Assembly (NCBI GenBank): GCA_043228905.1
Contig: JBHGNT010000020.1
Coordinates: 12,834,001 to 12,898,000 of the forward strand
Source: Azolla caroliniana
Lineage: Eukaryota > Plantae > Polypodiophyta
DNA length: 64,000 bases
Reading direction: 5' to 3'
Shown here: positions 23,684 to 37,641 of the stretch, piece by piece
Position numbering within the stretch: position 1 is the stretch's first letter
Layout: every line of letters starts with the position of its first letter
Program-made: the position numbers and the translations under genes
Notes under the pieces: generated by a model
What the model saw: only the letters and a program-made list of their open reading frames with translations
Database searches by the model: none
What the model was told of the DNA's origin: nothing

Positions 23684-26017
23684 TTTTTTTTTTTATTATA
23701 AAAGAAAGATACACCTTAGTACATATATTACTTGAGAAATGTACATATAGAAAACAGAAGGAGACATTTCATCTCATCTCCATTGTGATACAAAGGCTAA
23801 TACCAACATTTGATCAAACAAATGATATCATATGAGAAACAAGTGGAGCAAAAACTACGAGTTATGCAACAAAAAAGAAGGTATGGCATAATTCCACCTC
23901 AGACCAGAAGTTGTATTTGAAAATAAGTGAAACCCTTTCCATCGTTTCTTAAAGTCCACTTGACATTGCCATAGAACATCAGTTGAACCCTACAGATCAT
24001 CATATTGACCATATAGTGTATGGACAAATAACAACCAGAATTCAATAAGCATGGTGCGGAGATGTATGTGAGCATTATTAAAAACGACATCACATATCAT
24101 TTTCCATATTATCCAAAGAGCTAATGACGTAATAGTGTGCCAAATAACCATATTTTCAATTCTAAACCGTGGAATAGAAGATGGAAATGAGGTGAGATAG
24201 AGGTGTCTCTGGGAAAAGTGAAAGACATGAGAAGCATGCCTACTTTCATACTTCAGAACATCTCCGTGAAGGACACCCCATAATATTGCACCCCACAAGC
24301 AATAACTGTAAGCCAAATAACCAAATTTTCAATTCTAAACCGTGGAATAGAAAATGGAAATGAGGTGAGATAGAGGTGTCCATGGGAAAAGTGAAAGACA
24401 TGAGAAACATGCCTACTTTCATACTTCAGAACATCTCCATGAAGGACACCCCATAATACTACACCCCACGAGAAAATATAACGAGAATAATGTTGTCTCA
24501 GCAATAAAAACAACTTACTCCAAAATTGCTTGATCTTGGGACATAACCAAAACACATGCAAAATAGATTCCATCGATGCATAACAATGCATTCCACTGAG
24601 TGTGATACAAAAACCACATTGAGTACCAGAGGGTCCAAAAGTCGGAACCCATTCATAAATCCGACTACCACGTAGAAAATTTCTAATCAACGCTATCCTT
24701 CGCGAATTAAGATGGTGTTCTTGAAAACATAGCATATGAAGTCGACCTATAGAAGATGGAGATAATTCTTGGTTCAAGTAACATTTTACTCTATTACAAC
24801 GACTCACACCTAATCCTTGAAGGTTCCAAGGTAAATGTTAAAATAATCCATATCAAGATTGAGATGGAGAAGACCTCTTAGCAATCAAAACTACTTGTCT
24901 CTCCTTTTGAGAGGATGTTACTGCTCTTGTTATTCTTTTTTCCACACGGGAATCCTTGAATAAAACATGATGGTCTTTATATACTCTATTTTTGCTATTC
25001 CCAAACGATTCTATAATATCCTTTGCAGATGTTAAAAACATAAGGTGGTTGCCCGATCCCTGTCTGTAAAACAGTTGAATATGATTGAGCATCTACCTTT
25101 GGATCGTTATGATAAAAAGAGGTTATCATTTTTTGAACTAACGTTTTAACTTTTGTTGGAGCTTGTTATGGCATTGGGTCAATGACTGGAACAATTTCCA
25201 AAGAGGAAATGGAAACCGGCATATCTACATATTTTTGCAAAGCGTCCATACTACATTCAAGCAATGTTAAGGGAGGAGGAATGACTGGAATAATCTCCAT
25301 AGATGGAGCAGAAACTAACATTCCTATATCTTGCCTCAGAGTGTCCATGCTACATTCTGGTAGTGCAAATTGAGGGAGATTGGAGCAAAGCACATCAACA
25401 GTTTTCCCCTTGCCCACTTTATTTGAAGATGTATCAAAAACCTTTTTTTGTTGAGTTTCATGAGGCAACAAAGTAGTGACAACACTATTACTTTGATTAT
25501 TCATAATAGCAATAGGTTTCACATGGGCAGTCAAACAATCTTTTGCCAAATGACCAATTTTTTTACAAGAAAAACAATGGTTGAGCAAACTAAAATAAAG
25601 CACCTTCTGAATTTTTTGAAACATATTACCTTACAACTTTGAAAGACGAATCTAATTAGGTAAATTTGCATCCTTTTTACAAAGTAACCTAAGTGATGGA
25701 GTTCCTCCTTTTTCTACAATGTCCCTAAATGTTGAGAATCAAGCTCAACTTGGTCTAGTGTGTGAACTCACCTTGAGAGTGAATAGACACTCCAACGGTC
25801 AAGAGTCACCATTATGTCACCACTTTGTATTCTAGCATTTAGTATGAGTCATAGAATCATATTCTATGACACATAACATATGAGCTTTCACATTCCCCAT
25901 GCTCCATGAGGCTTGTAGTTAATGAAGAGAGAGGGTGACTACATAAAGCACCCTTCTCCCACCTTGTATAATGTTGAGTCTTTCTCCTTTGTTAATATAC
26001 TTTTAACCTTGCGTATA

Positions 26018-26080
<63 letters not shown>

Positions 26081-29000
26081 CACACCTATTCCGCTTCACA
26101 AGAATCCATCTCTTGATTTTTTACATGGTATCAGAGCGATTTGGTAGCTCAATCTAGCCCATTCGCCTCATCATGATCGTGTGTTGTGCTCTACGCCGAC
26201 GACCAAGAACCGGCTCATAGCTATCGTAGCGTCGCTACATAGCTCACATTCGAAGAGAAAAGAAGAAGAAGAAGAATCGACATAATGAATACTCAAATCG
26301 GGAGCGCTCTCCCTACCGAGAAGTTGGATCGAAACAACTTCGCATCTTGGGAGTACAAGATGCACCAATACCTTGTTGGACAAGGCTATTGGAGCTACAT
26401 CAAAGGAGCGCATGAAGACCGACCCGCCGAAGCGGATCCCGGATACGCGACATGGGAGCAAGCCGCAAGCCACGTGATGTATTGCTTGGCGACATGTGTT
26501 CACGACCACATGCTCGGTTACATTCGAGAAGCCAAGACGCCGAAGGAAGCGTGGGAAAATCTACGAAAGATTTTCGCCGCCAACACAACCGCGAGGAAGC
26601 TTCAACTCCGGCAAGAGTTGAACAACATTCAACACAGAGACATGTCCATCACGACATACACCTTGAAGATCAAGGAGCTTTGCGACTCGCTCGGCTCAAT
26701 AAGCGTAAGTATAGATGATGATGAGATGGTTCAAATATGCCTCGGCGGCCTCGCACCACGGTTCGGCGCAATGCGAACCGCCATTCTAGCACGGGAAAAA
26801 TCTCCCTCCTTCTTCGAGCTCCAGTCAATGGTATCGGTCGAAGAAAACCATGTGCGTACGACGAGCAATGAGTCGGAAGGCCACATGCTCTACACGCACT
26901 CTAATGGAGGAAGAGGACGTGGATGAGCGAGAGGCCGATTCGGCCAAGGACAAGGCGGACGAGGTCCGACCTACGACAACTCCCAGTTTCGGCCGCAAAA
27001 CGGAGGCCAACGAGGAACCTTCGCAAGAAGGGGGAGCTTCCACTCCGGCCCGAGCCATCAAAACGCAACCGAATGCGGATATTGCGGAAAGCTCGGCCAC
27101 CACGAAGAAGAGTGCCGAAAGAAGATGCGTGAATCGGCTTCCACAAGCCAACAACTCACGAATTACGCGCACAATTCTGACTACGAAGAGTATAGCGGAA
27201 TGTACGGGCACAACTCCGACCGTGGCGGAATGTTCATGATGAAACATAGAGCAAACTCTATGTCGGCCTCTACCTCAACTAGTGCCCTCAATCCGGAGGA
27301 CGTATGGTTTGTTGACTCCGGAGCCTCAAACCATATGACATCCCACAAAGAATGGTTTCTCGAACTTCGAGAGCCGGAGCGACCCGACTATGTCGAAACC
27401 GGAGATGACACTACGCACCCGATTCGGCACATCGGCAATGTTCCGTTCGGCGAAAGAGGTAAGCAAACATACATTAAAAATGTCTTGCATGTTCCCACCA
27501 TCACAAAGAATTTGGTCTCGGTCTGCCAAATGGTTGAGCAAGGGATGCAAGTACGATTCGACCAAGAAGGGTGCTTCATCGAAAAAGAAGGTTGAATCAT
27601 CGCACGCGGAAGAAGAGAGGGCCGGATGTTCATTCTCGATTCGCACGAGATGAAATCTGCCATGTTCGCAAAAAGGACGAAAGCCGACTCCGACATAGAG
27701 CTATGGCACAAGCGAATCGGCCACATCAATCTCAACAAACTCAAAGCAATGAAATCGAAAGGAGTCGTCATCGGAATCCCGACATTCATAGAGAAGGAGA
27801 TTGAAGGTGTATGCGAAGCGTGACAATTTGGCAAGCAACACCGACACCCATTTCCGAAGGAGCGGAATGTGAGCAAAGGCGTACTCGACATAATTCATTC
27901 CGATGTATGGGGTCCGGCTCAAATGGCGACATTCGGCGGATGCCGATATTACGTGCTCTTCATCGACGACTTTTCTAGGCACACTTGGATCTACCCGATG
28001 CGGCAAAAGAGCGAAGTGTTCGGACACTTCCAAAATTTCAAGAATGAAGTCGAGAAAGCCACGAGCCGACATGTACGATGCCTTCGATCAAATGGTGGCA
28101 AGGAGTACTTCTCGGACCATTTCACGGCGTATCTCCGAAAGGAAGGAATTTGGCGAGAATTCACTTGCCGACACACTCCGCAACAAAACGGAGTAGCCGA
28201 GCGCAAAAATCGGCACATCCTCGAAGTAGCGCGGGCCATGATGAACGAGAAGCATATGCCCAAGTCATATTGGGCCGAAGTGGCAATTACGGCCGTCTAC
28301 CTAATGAACTAGTGCACAACATTTGGCGTGCACGAGGTCACTCCGCACGAAAGATTCTTCAGAAAGAAGCCGAACCTATCACATGTTCGGATATTTGGCT
28401 CTATTGTGTACGTGCACATCCCCGATGAGAAGCGTCAAAAGCTTGACCCGAAGTCGGAGAAATGTATCCTCGTAGGATACTCACTGGAGCAAAAGGGGTA
28501 CAAGTGCTACAACCCCTCAACTCGAAAATCTCGGGAAAGTCGAGACGTCGTCTTTGACGAGTCCGCATCCTGGTACGCACCAGAGACAACTTCGACTCCG
28601 ATCCCGCTCGACCCAGAATCCACCGAACAAGAGATAGAGGATGAAGATCACCTTACGTGCATGTTCGAAGAAAGTCCGATCACGACCCGACTGAGCGAAC
28701 CACAAGAGCCTTTGAGCGATCAAAGCACATCACGGCCTAGCCCGAAGATGGACAAAGGCAAGGCGAAAATGGCGGAATATGAAGACGATCGCTTCGACGA
28801 CGATGAATCGACTCACTCACTCGACAGTGAGTTCGGCGGTTTCGAGGTACCAATCAGAGCTAAGAAAGCCCTCATCTCTACAAATGAAAAACTTTGCCGA
28901 TCCACCCGTGAAAAGAACACCGTAAGCCGATTCGGCTACAACGATTATATGGCGTACCATTACGCCTTTATGATGAAGGTAGCGACAGTACGGGAGCCGG

Positions 29001-31077
29001 AAACCTTTTCGGAAGCCGCGAAGGACCCACGATGGATCGAAGCAATGAACGAGGAGATGCAGGCACTACGGAAGAATGAGACGTGGGATCTCGTTTCCAC
29101 CTCACCACACAAAAAGGCGATCGGATGCAGATGGATCTACAAGGTGAAGTATAACGCCGATGGCTCCGTAAACCGCTATAAAGCTCGACTCATAGTGAAA
29201 GGATACGCTCATACACATGGCGTCGACTACGAAGAGACCTTTGCCCCGGTGGCGAAGATGACGACGGTGTGGACCGTAATTGCGATTGCCGCGGCGAAAG
29301 GGTGGCACCTCCATCAAATGGACGTCAAGAATGCCTTTCTACAAGGCGAATTAGAAGAGGAGGTGTACATGATCCAACCACATGACTGCAACTTGAGCAC
29401 CTATCCGAAAGCGGTATGCCGACCCAAGAAGCCACTCTACGGCCTCAAGCAAGCATCGCATGCTTGGCATTCGAAGATAACGCAATATCTTCATCAAATC
29501 GGCTTCCATATGTCAAAATCGGACAACTCCCTCTACATACGAAGCGATTCCGCAAGTCCGATCATCATCATTTTATATGTGGATGACCTAGTCATTGAGG
29601 TGAGCATCTCGTCGAAATCAATAAAGTCAAATCCCTCCTTTCTGACAAGTTCAAGATGATGGACATGAAGGAGCTCCACTACTTCCTCGGCATCGAGGTA
29701 ATTCAGACTCCGGCCGGAATCATGATCTCTCAACGGCACTACATCCTCAACTTATTATACAAGTTCAGGATGGCTGAGTGCAAATCTGTGGCAACCCCGC
29801 TCGATCGTAATCTCAAACTAGATGCAAACTCCGGCACCAAAGCGTGTGAGTCGACTCAGTATCAGCAACTCATCGGGAGTCTCATCTACCTCACGATCAC
29901 TCGACCCGATCTCAATTATCCGGTCGGTCTCCTTAGCCAATTCATGCAAACACCGCGTGATACTCACTTGGATTGCGCTAAGCGAGTTCTACGATACGTG
30001 AGCGGCACAATGGATTGCAGCATCCTCTACAAGACTGTGATGCCAATACGACTCGAGGGGTACACAGACGCCGATTGGGCCGGCTACAAAGCCGATAGAA
30101 GATCAACCTCCGGATTTGTTTTCTCCCTCGGCAGCGGAGCAATATCCTGGAGTAGCAAGAAGCAGCCTACCGTCTCTCTTTCGAGTACGAAGGCGGAATA
30201 TAGGGGCGCAACCGTAGCTGCATGTGAAGCCGTATGGCTCAAGAGGATTTTGAAGGATCTGGGCGTACCCATCAAGGATCTGACTTCCCTTTACTACGAC
30301 AACATGAGCAGTATCTATCTGGCTCGGAACCCGGTGTTCCACGCGCGGACAAAGCACATCGAAGTGCACTATCAGTTCATCCGAGAGTGCGTTCTGGCTG
30401 GCAATGTCGACCTACAACACATTAGCACCAATATTCAAACGACCAACATCTTCACTAAAGCCTTAGGAGCCGACAAACTATGGCAATTCATGACTGATCT
30501 CGGATTGACGATCCCTGACCTGCCAAGCTTGAGGGGGAGTACTAAAGACACTGCGCAATAACGCGTGGATTCCGCAACCATGCAACGAAGCAGCAAAGAG
30601 CCGATCTACCGCGCAAAGCCGCGAAGAAAGACGCAAGCCGAAGCACAGACTTTGTAACTATGCACAACGCAAGCTGGAGCACAGATCCCGTAACTCCGCA
30701 GAAACGCGAGTCAACGCGGACTCCGGAACGCAAGTTGAAGCGGATTTCGGATACCATCTGAAACCGAACCCGACTTGAGCTTGAGGGGGCGTGTTGAGAA
30801 TCAAGCTCAACTTGGTCTAGTGTGTGAACTCACCTTGAGAGTGAAGAGACACTCCAACAGTCAAGAGTCACCATTATGTCACCACTTTGTATTCTAGCAT
30901 TTAGTATGAGTCATAGAATCATATTCTATGACACATAACTTATGAGCTTTCACATTCTCCATGCTCCATGAGGCTTGTAGTTAATGAAGAGAGAGGGTGA
31001 CTACATAAAGCACCCTCCTCCCACCTTGTATAATGTTGAGTCTTTCTCCTTTGTTAATATACTTTTAACCTTGCGTA

Positions 31078-31131
<54 letters not shown>

Positions 31132-31800
31132 GTTCACACCTATTCCGCTTCACAAGAATCCATCTCTTGATTCTTTACACTAAACGTAGATGAGTTAACA
31201 TGTAGAACTCTTCCGATTGTTGCCCCAATTTTTTGAAGAACCTCCCTCCACTCCTTATCTAGGCTGAGTGAATGGAAAGGAGATTGCGAACAGAAGAATG
31301 ATCTACAAACTCCAATTGATAGCAACCACGGCCCATCAGATTATCAATAATCTTGTCGAATTTCTCCTGTAATGTTGCCTGAAGAAGATGATAGAGATCC
31401 CCTCTACGCAGTCGTCTTCCCAAGACTTGTGCAACAACCGAGCATTGCTCCAAGTGTTTGACTTCATTGAGGACAATGAGCTCATCCTCCGGTGCCAATT
31501 GGAAATCGATAGTATCGTCGATCGTAAGAGAAGCAAGAGCCAATTCACTAGATCGTTCCCTATTGGAACAGCTATTGCAAAGCAGCAGGGCAAATTTGCC
31601 GCCCAATGGTTGCTTTCCTTCTTCTGTTGCGTAGGTCGTGAGGCTTAGAGAAGGGAAGCAGTCGTTGTATAGGATGGCAAGGGACTGATGCACCAGAATG
31701 TTAACGGGAGAGGAGGATGAGTTTTGTGACAATTGTTGTAATATATGGCCATTAGGTCCTAAGATATTGTAAGGTCGTGCCAGTTGCTACAAAGGAAGAG
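23684..31800 (-). mobile_element. Internally deleted L1-like LINE (ORF1 + EN start + C-terminus), split by Copia C
   Basis: Poly(T) at 23684-23694. WNLQGLG/CFQEHH (24720-24835) is fused to CYASMESILHVFWLC. ORF1 zinc knuckle CFSCKKIGHLAKDC. ORF1 N-part at 31185-31732 (MGRGCYQLEF; IGATIGRVL). The 5' end is approximate. Confidence 0.8.
25730..31179 (+). mobile_element. Full-length decayed Ty1/Copia element C (same family as A, D, E, F)
   Basis: LTRs at 25730-26125 and 30792-31179 (~7 substitutions plus microsatellite length change). TSD CTAAA. PBS at 26126. PPT GAGGGGG. Fragmented gag-pol 26285-30561 with DSGAS, YVDD and YTDADWAG. Confidence 0.96.
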
Positions 31801-34800
31801 GTAAATGTGTCGGCAAGAACCTTGCATGGTATAGAGTAGCATTAAGATACATTCCAATACAATGGATGGATGGGTTATGAGTCCATACATGAGGTGAATG
31901 GTAGTGTGGAACTTCGGGCATCACATCCACATGTGGTATATACATCATAGATGCAAAGTACCCAAGGATAGAACATATGATGAAAAAATCTTAAGACTAC
32001 AAAAAAATACAAATTTTGAAATTGATGGTCGATGTTTAGACATTTGTGGCAGATTCTAGGTAGTCTTGTAAAATGTTCTTTCAAATGATTATCGGGTCTA
32101 TGCTACATTCAGCCCCATTCTCGATACTTGAATAACTTTTAATCATCTATTCGATCCACAATTTTTTATAACAGTTTGTGTATATATTTGTTTCTATGTA
32201 ATATGAAAACTCTAACAACATGTTCAAAACCATTTTTGTTATTAGAATAGTCAATAGAGCTTATCTCTTGCTTCAATGCATGTACAATATTGTTGTATAC
32301 TGGATACAAGACATGCATATTTACACATATAATTTCTGCATATAATGCATGTATAAACAAGTTAGTAAACAAAGAACACTTCATTTATTTTGTTTAGTTT
32401 CTCATAATTGTAAATTGGATATTTATTTAAAAACTTGCTTCATGGTCTCTAGCAAAACTTGAAATCAAGGATTGTTGTTATGTGAATATATCAATGGATT
32501 ATGAGTTTAGTTATAAGCGCGGGTGGAAGACGTAACCATTTGATGAATTTCGATAGACAAACACCACTACGTATAACCACTAAAATCACTCTATGTAGAT
32601 TGTTGAAATCACATTGAAAAAAGATCCAACTATTCATAATTAAAACACCTCAACTATTTTTATTCAAACATCGAGTTATTTTTAATCGAAAAGCTCAATT
32701 TATTTCCATCATGAAATATAACTTTTATAGTAAATACTCGATGTCTCTTCTGAGGGAGTCAGTGCCTCTTTTGATCAAGGTATTGTCACCAAAGAGAAAG
32801 AAGAAAAAGACATCCTCAATTCTTGAGAAGTGATGAAATATGCTCGTTACTATTTAAACGAAGCTACATATCTACATATCGTCCACTCTACCCCTAGTAG
32901 TATTGTTGGCATCATTATATGTGGCTATTGTACAACCTATGACCGCATATATACTAGGATAAGGGTGAAGAGGAAATTCTACAATGTTGATAGATAAATA
33001 TTAGTGTAGTCAACTTGAACTACATCTAGCTGACACTTGTATGAAAGAGTAAAGATAGACATGATGAGGATGCTAATTTTTTAGCACAAAGTTTAGGGAA
33101 AACCATAACATGTTAGGTAATTCCTCGATTAGTAGAGCATCAACTTTTTTTAAATCCTTGTTCATACCAAGCTTAATGATAGTATTCAATAAACACTAGA
33201 AAAAACGGTACATTCGATTAGAGCCTCATAGGAAATGGACATTTTAGTGCATAAACTTAAAACGTTCCGATATTTCTTAGTGAGACATTCATTTATTAGA
33301 TAGTTATGCAATGCATGAACCCATCTAGTTTCTACTTCCATTAATGAAAACATAAGGGCATCAAGGAACATACCATATGAAGAAATGTTTGCTTGATTGT
33401 ATTTCGTGAAAGAGTTTCTTTAAATATTTTGAGAATTTAAGATAGTTTTGAAACTTTTCATATATGTCATGAATCGTAATTCTTCATTTTAACTACTCTT
33501 TTGGGATAGAATAGCTCCATGTTCTGTTATAAATATATTCTTTATGAGAAAAGTGGTTTATAAAAGTGTTGATGTATGATAATCGATTAGACTTAAAAAA
33601 CGACAAAAATTGTATAGGTTGTCCTATAAGTGACTATATTTTAGAAACCCTGACCAAAGCTATGCACAAGTTTTTTGGCCATTGTTTCGTTGTTCTTATC
33701 GGGCAATGGTCCTAATAGCTATATTTCTAGATTGCCAACCTAAATATCATGACCAATCATAGCCTACGAATTTTAATTTTAACTTATTCACATTTTAAAA
33801 CTCTATTGGGATAAAATTATAACGGAGAGTTTTCTTGTGAGTTCTACTTTAAGGGAAAATATTGTTGTAAAGGTATTGACGCACGATAATTAATTATACT
33901 TGAGAAAAACAACATGAGAAGGTTGTATTGTCATGATTATTGTAGTTGTAAGAGTGACTAGATTTTAAAACCCTATGGCAAACCCATTAGAAGGGGGCCT
34001 TTTTTTGTGGAATTGTCCTAGCATTAATGTTGGCATCATTGTTTGTAGGCACAACTAGGTAGCATTTTAAATGCGTACACAATAGATGATTCTAGGGATA
34101 AGGCATTTTTGGACTAACTAAGGGGATGTTGAGTAAGACTTTATGATGTCAAGTCTATGGTCTAGTATGTAGTGAACACAAAAATGATGATGAATGATGG
34201 TAAGTTTTTCTTGTTCCATAATAAAGAGTCTTTTAGTTCTTGATACTACATATAGTGTGGGGGACTGGCCCTGGGGCCTATCTTCTCATTTTTAGAGTGA
34301 GAAGGGAGAGTTTATGTTATGCCTCCGTTTTCATAAAAGTCTCAAAATTCACAACAATATTCTTCTTGACAATTTCCTAAGATATATTACCATCAAAAAA
34401 TGAGCCATGATTACATTCCAAGCACAGAAAACATTTCAAGAATCGTAGAGGAACCTCTCCTAACCGTATCGCTTTTTGCATGCTAGTTAATGCAAATGGG
34501 AAATTACCCTACTCTGCACTAGTGGTGATGATTTTGAAATTGAGAATGGAGTTTGTAAATGGCTGGCTAGAACAAAATGCATTTGCATACTCTTACATAA
34601 CTAGTAGATCAAAAAAGAGAAGCATCTCAAGTTATGATGTTAAGCATTCACCGTGTCCATTTGCCAAGGTTTAATAATTATTATGTCCACCAAATTTGCT
34701 CAACTTTGCTCCAACAAACACTGACCTCAACCTCTTAGTCACACATGTACACTTTCTACTTAAGCATAGGACTGATCTTTAAACAAAACACATGCGATAC

Positions 34801-36199
34801 AAGTTGTTACAGTGTCACCACTCATAAAGGAAAACGAACTTTCTTGTAACACACATTTTAGGGTTCCACATTGTTGAACTCTACACAATTGACAACCATT
34901 TCAATTTCGCCTACTTGAGAATAGATTGCTTTACATGCAGTCACCCCCCTCCATACTCATAATCATTGATATGGAAATTGAGTATGGAGCTTGGATGGAT
35001 TAGCTAGAGCAAGTCACATTTGCACATTATACCATAATTAAGAAATCAAAGATGAGACGCATCTGTTATGTGCCATGTAACTATGTCTTGGACTATGAGG
35101 TTGTCCTCATCATGGGCTAGGCTGCTCGATCCATTGAATGCCATCAGTCTCTTCCCGATGTTAAAATATATGTCTCTCATGCATGTGATGCGAGAAGGGT
35201 AATCTCTCTCATTTGTATTCATAGTCACGATCTTGAAATCAAGAATGTAGATTGGGAAGGACTGCCTGTCTACTAGCAAAGTTTGCACACTTTACCCTAA
35301 CTTGAATATTAGAGATGAGGAGCATCTTCCATCACTTTGTGAACCACCATTCACAATCATCCAATAACATTTATCACCAACAATCACCACATCCTTCTAT
35401 CTCATACTTCTTGATGTCAAATGCACCAACTTCTCCTTTTAGAAACACATAATCCACACATAAACTCATATCTAGGAAGATCTGCCTTGTTGGCAAACTA
35501 GGAACACTTTTGTATGAACACATACACAATGCATCACAAGGAGCACCTCCCTTGTTGTATTTACGCCTTAGTTAAGCATATTGCCACCTCTCTCTTAACA
35601 ATGAGGAATGTTCCAAAAATGAGAGAAATTCAGTAAATTTTAAATATATAATTTACATTAAAATAAGGACCGATCTGATTCACAAAAGTAAATAATTGGA
35701 ATCTCCCCTCTTGCATGTTCTTATGAAGATCAACATAGTTCTCTTTAATCATGCAATGCCACTTTCTGTTTAGAATCATAATTAGTAAATAAAACTAATA
35801 ATGCTCCAAATTAGTGTGTGGTCAGTTTGTAATTAGAATTTTAAGCTTTTGATATCGCCAATCATAGAGAAGTTACATATTATAACTAAAGCATAGCTCA
35901 AGTTTCATAATTATTGCTTGAGGATCGACTTTGACAAAATATATGTACACGCGCACACACATAATGTGTATATATACATTTGCAAATTTGTATGTAAGCA
36001 AGTTGCTTACCTTTCGAAATTTTATTACATGAAAACACCACTAGGACAAATGTAGGTCAATAAATTGCAAGGTCATGTGTACCATACATTCCAAGGTGTC
36101 ATCTCGTAAATTATTGTGACTACCAAGATTCTGAACCCAGTTGGATGCGTTAACAAAGAGTGGGTCTTACAACCCCAAATACATAGGAAGGAAGAGATA

Positions 36200-36990
36200 G
36201 ATTTAGGCACGACGACTGAACTTGGGTTCTCTCAATTTTATGACTTTTTGAGTCTACATTGTAAATGATGTTAATAAAGAGTAGGGCTTATAGTCCCAAC
36301 AAGAAGGAAGAAATAGACAAGTAGAAGCTAGCCCCAAAAAGCAGAGTTATTGGACAAGTTGAAGCTAGATCCAAAGCGAAGAGACGGAGAAGTAGATTCG
36401 CTTTGGGCAATGGTCGAGGTTTGTCTCTCTTGATAGTACGACATTGTGATGCTAATCTATAGGCCACTATGCATCATGAGAGAGAGAGAGAGAGCATTGG
36501 GCGACGATCAAACTTTGCCAATTCGCTCAATGTTATGACTTTTTGATGCTATAGTGTAGACCACCATGTCATCAAGAGAGAGGGGTGGGGGGAGATACAC
36601 GTGTATAATTTTAACGTCCACGAGGGATCAATTGCGATCTATGAGATGGGGCCTAACCCATGATGCGGATCAAACTTGGGTTCTCTGAATCTTATGACTT
36701 TTGATGATATAATGTAAACCACGAAAGAGAGAGCATTGGTCGATGATCGTCGAAGCGCAATGCTATAACTTTTCGATTCTACATGGTGGGCCACCATGCC
36801 ATAGAGATAGATAGATAGATAGATAGATTTATATTAACGTCTTCGAAGGTAAAAAATATGACCTATGAGAGAGAGAGAGAGAGAGAGAGCATCACGTGAC
36901 AATTGAGCTTGGGTTAGCTTGCTCGGTGTTACGACTTTTTGATGCTAAAGTGTAGGCCATCATCATGCCATGAGGTAGGGAGAGAGAGAG
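36200..36990. repeat. Degenerate array of ~6 related modules (core TTATGACTTTTTGATGCTANAGTGTAGRCC) with GA microsatellites
   Basis: Core variants near 36238, 36435, 36533, 36692, 36763 and 36929, several preceded by AACTTGGGTT-like motifs. Confidence 0.6.
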
Positions 36991-37094
36991 GGAGTACATG
37001 TCATGTTGGGGAGTGAGGGGGACAAAAGGAAGAGGGTAAGCCAAAACCTTTCCCATCACACCACAACTTCGAAATAATATAAAGAATAAAATGT

Positions 37095-37166
37095 GAATAC
37101 GAATACAAATACAAATACAAATACAAATACAAATACAAATACAAATACAAATACAAATACAAATAC
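37095..37166. repeat. (AATACA)n hexanucleotide microsatellite
   Basis: About 11-12 tandem TACAAA/TACGAA units. Confidence 0.95.
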
Positions 37167-37631
37167 GACATCTCTATAATGCAAGAAAGAAAGAAAGAAA
37201 GATATATTAACATCTTCTAAGGCCAAAATTGGCCCATGAGACAATTGGTTTAGAACGGAAAATATGAATACTAATACAGGCATCACGAAAATACAAGACT
37301 AACAACAACATAGGGCGTGACAAAAGAATACAAGAGAACTACGTTCTCGATTAATTAGTTAATTAATTAATTATATTAAAGGAGGAGGTAAATAAAGAAA
37401 AAGAAGAAAGAGGAGAAGGAAATATGTAAATAAATAAGTCGAGACGCATGGAAATAAATGAAGAAAATAAAAAAGCAAAGTATATATAATATAAGTAAAA
37501 TAGTAGATAAATAAATAAATACATAGATAAAACAAAAAGAAGCTTCAAGCAAGTAAAAAAAAATTGGCAAATAAATAAATAAATAAGCGAAGGAATTAAT
37601 TAATTAATTAATTTCTATAATTCTCGCCCTT

Positions 37632-37641
37632 CTATAAATAT
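37632..37641 (+). promoter_or_regulatory. Putative TATA box of the EPFL gene
   Basis: TCTATAAATA followed by a CT-rich leader, ~460 bp upstream of the ATG. Confidence 0.55.

Noticed and set aside
34570-35600. Possible Copia remnants on the minus strand (WQMDTVNA, YILDFK)
   Set aside because: Too degraded to assign boundaries or domains without a search.
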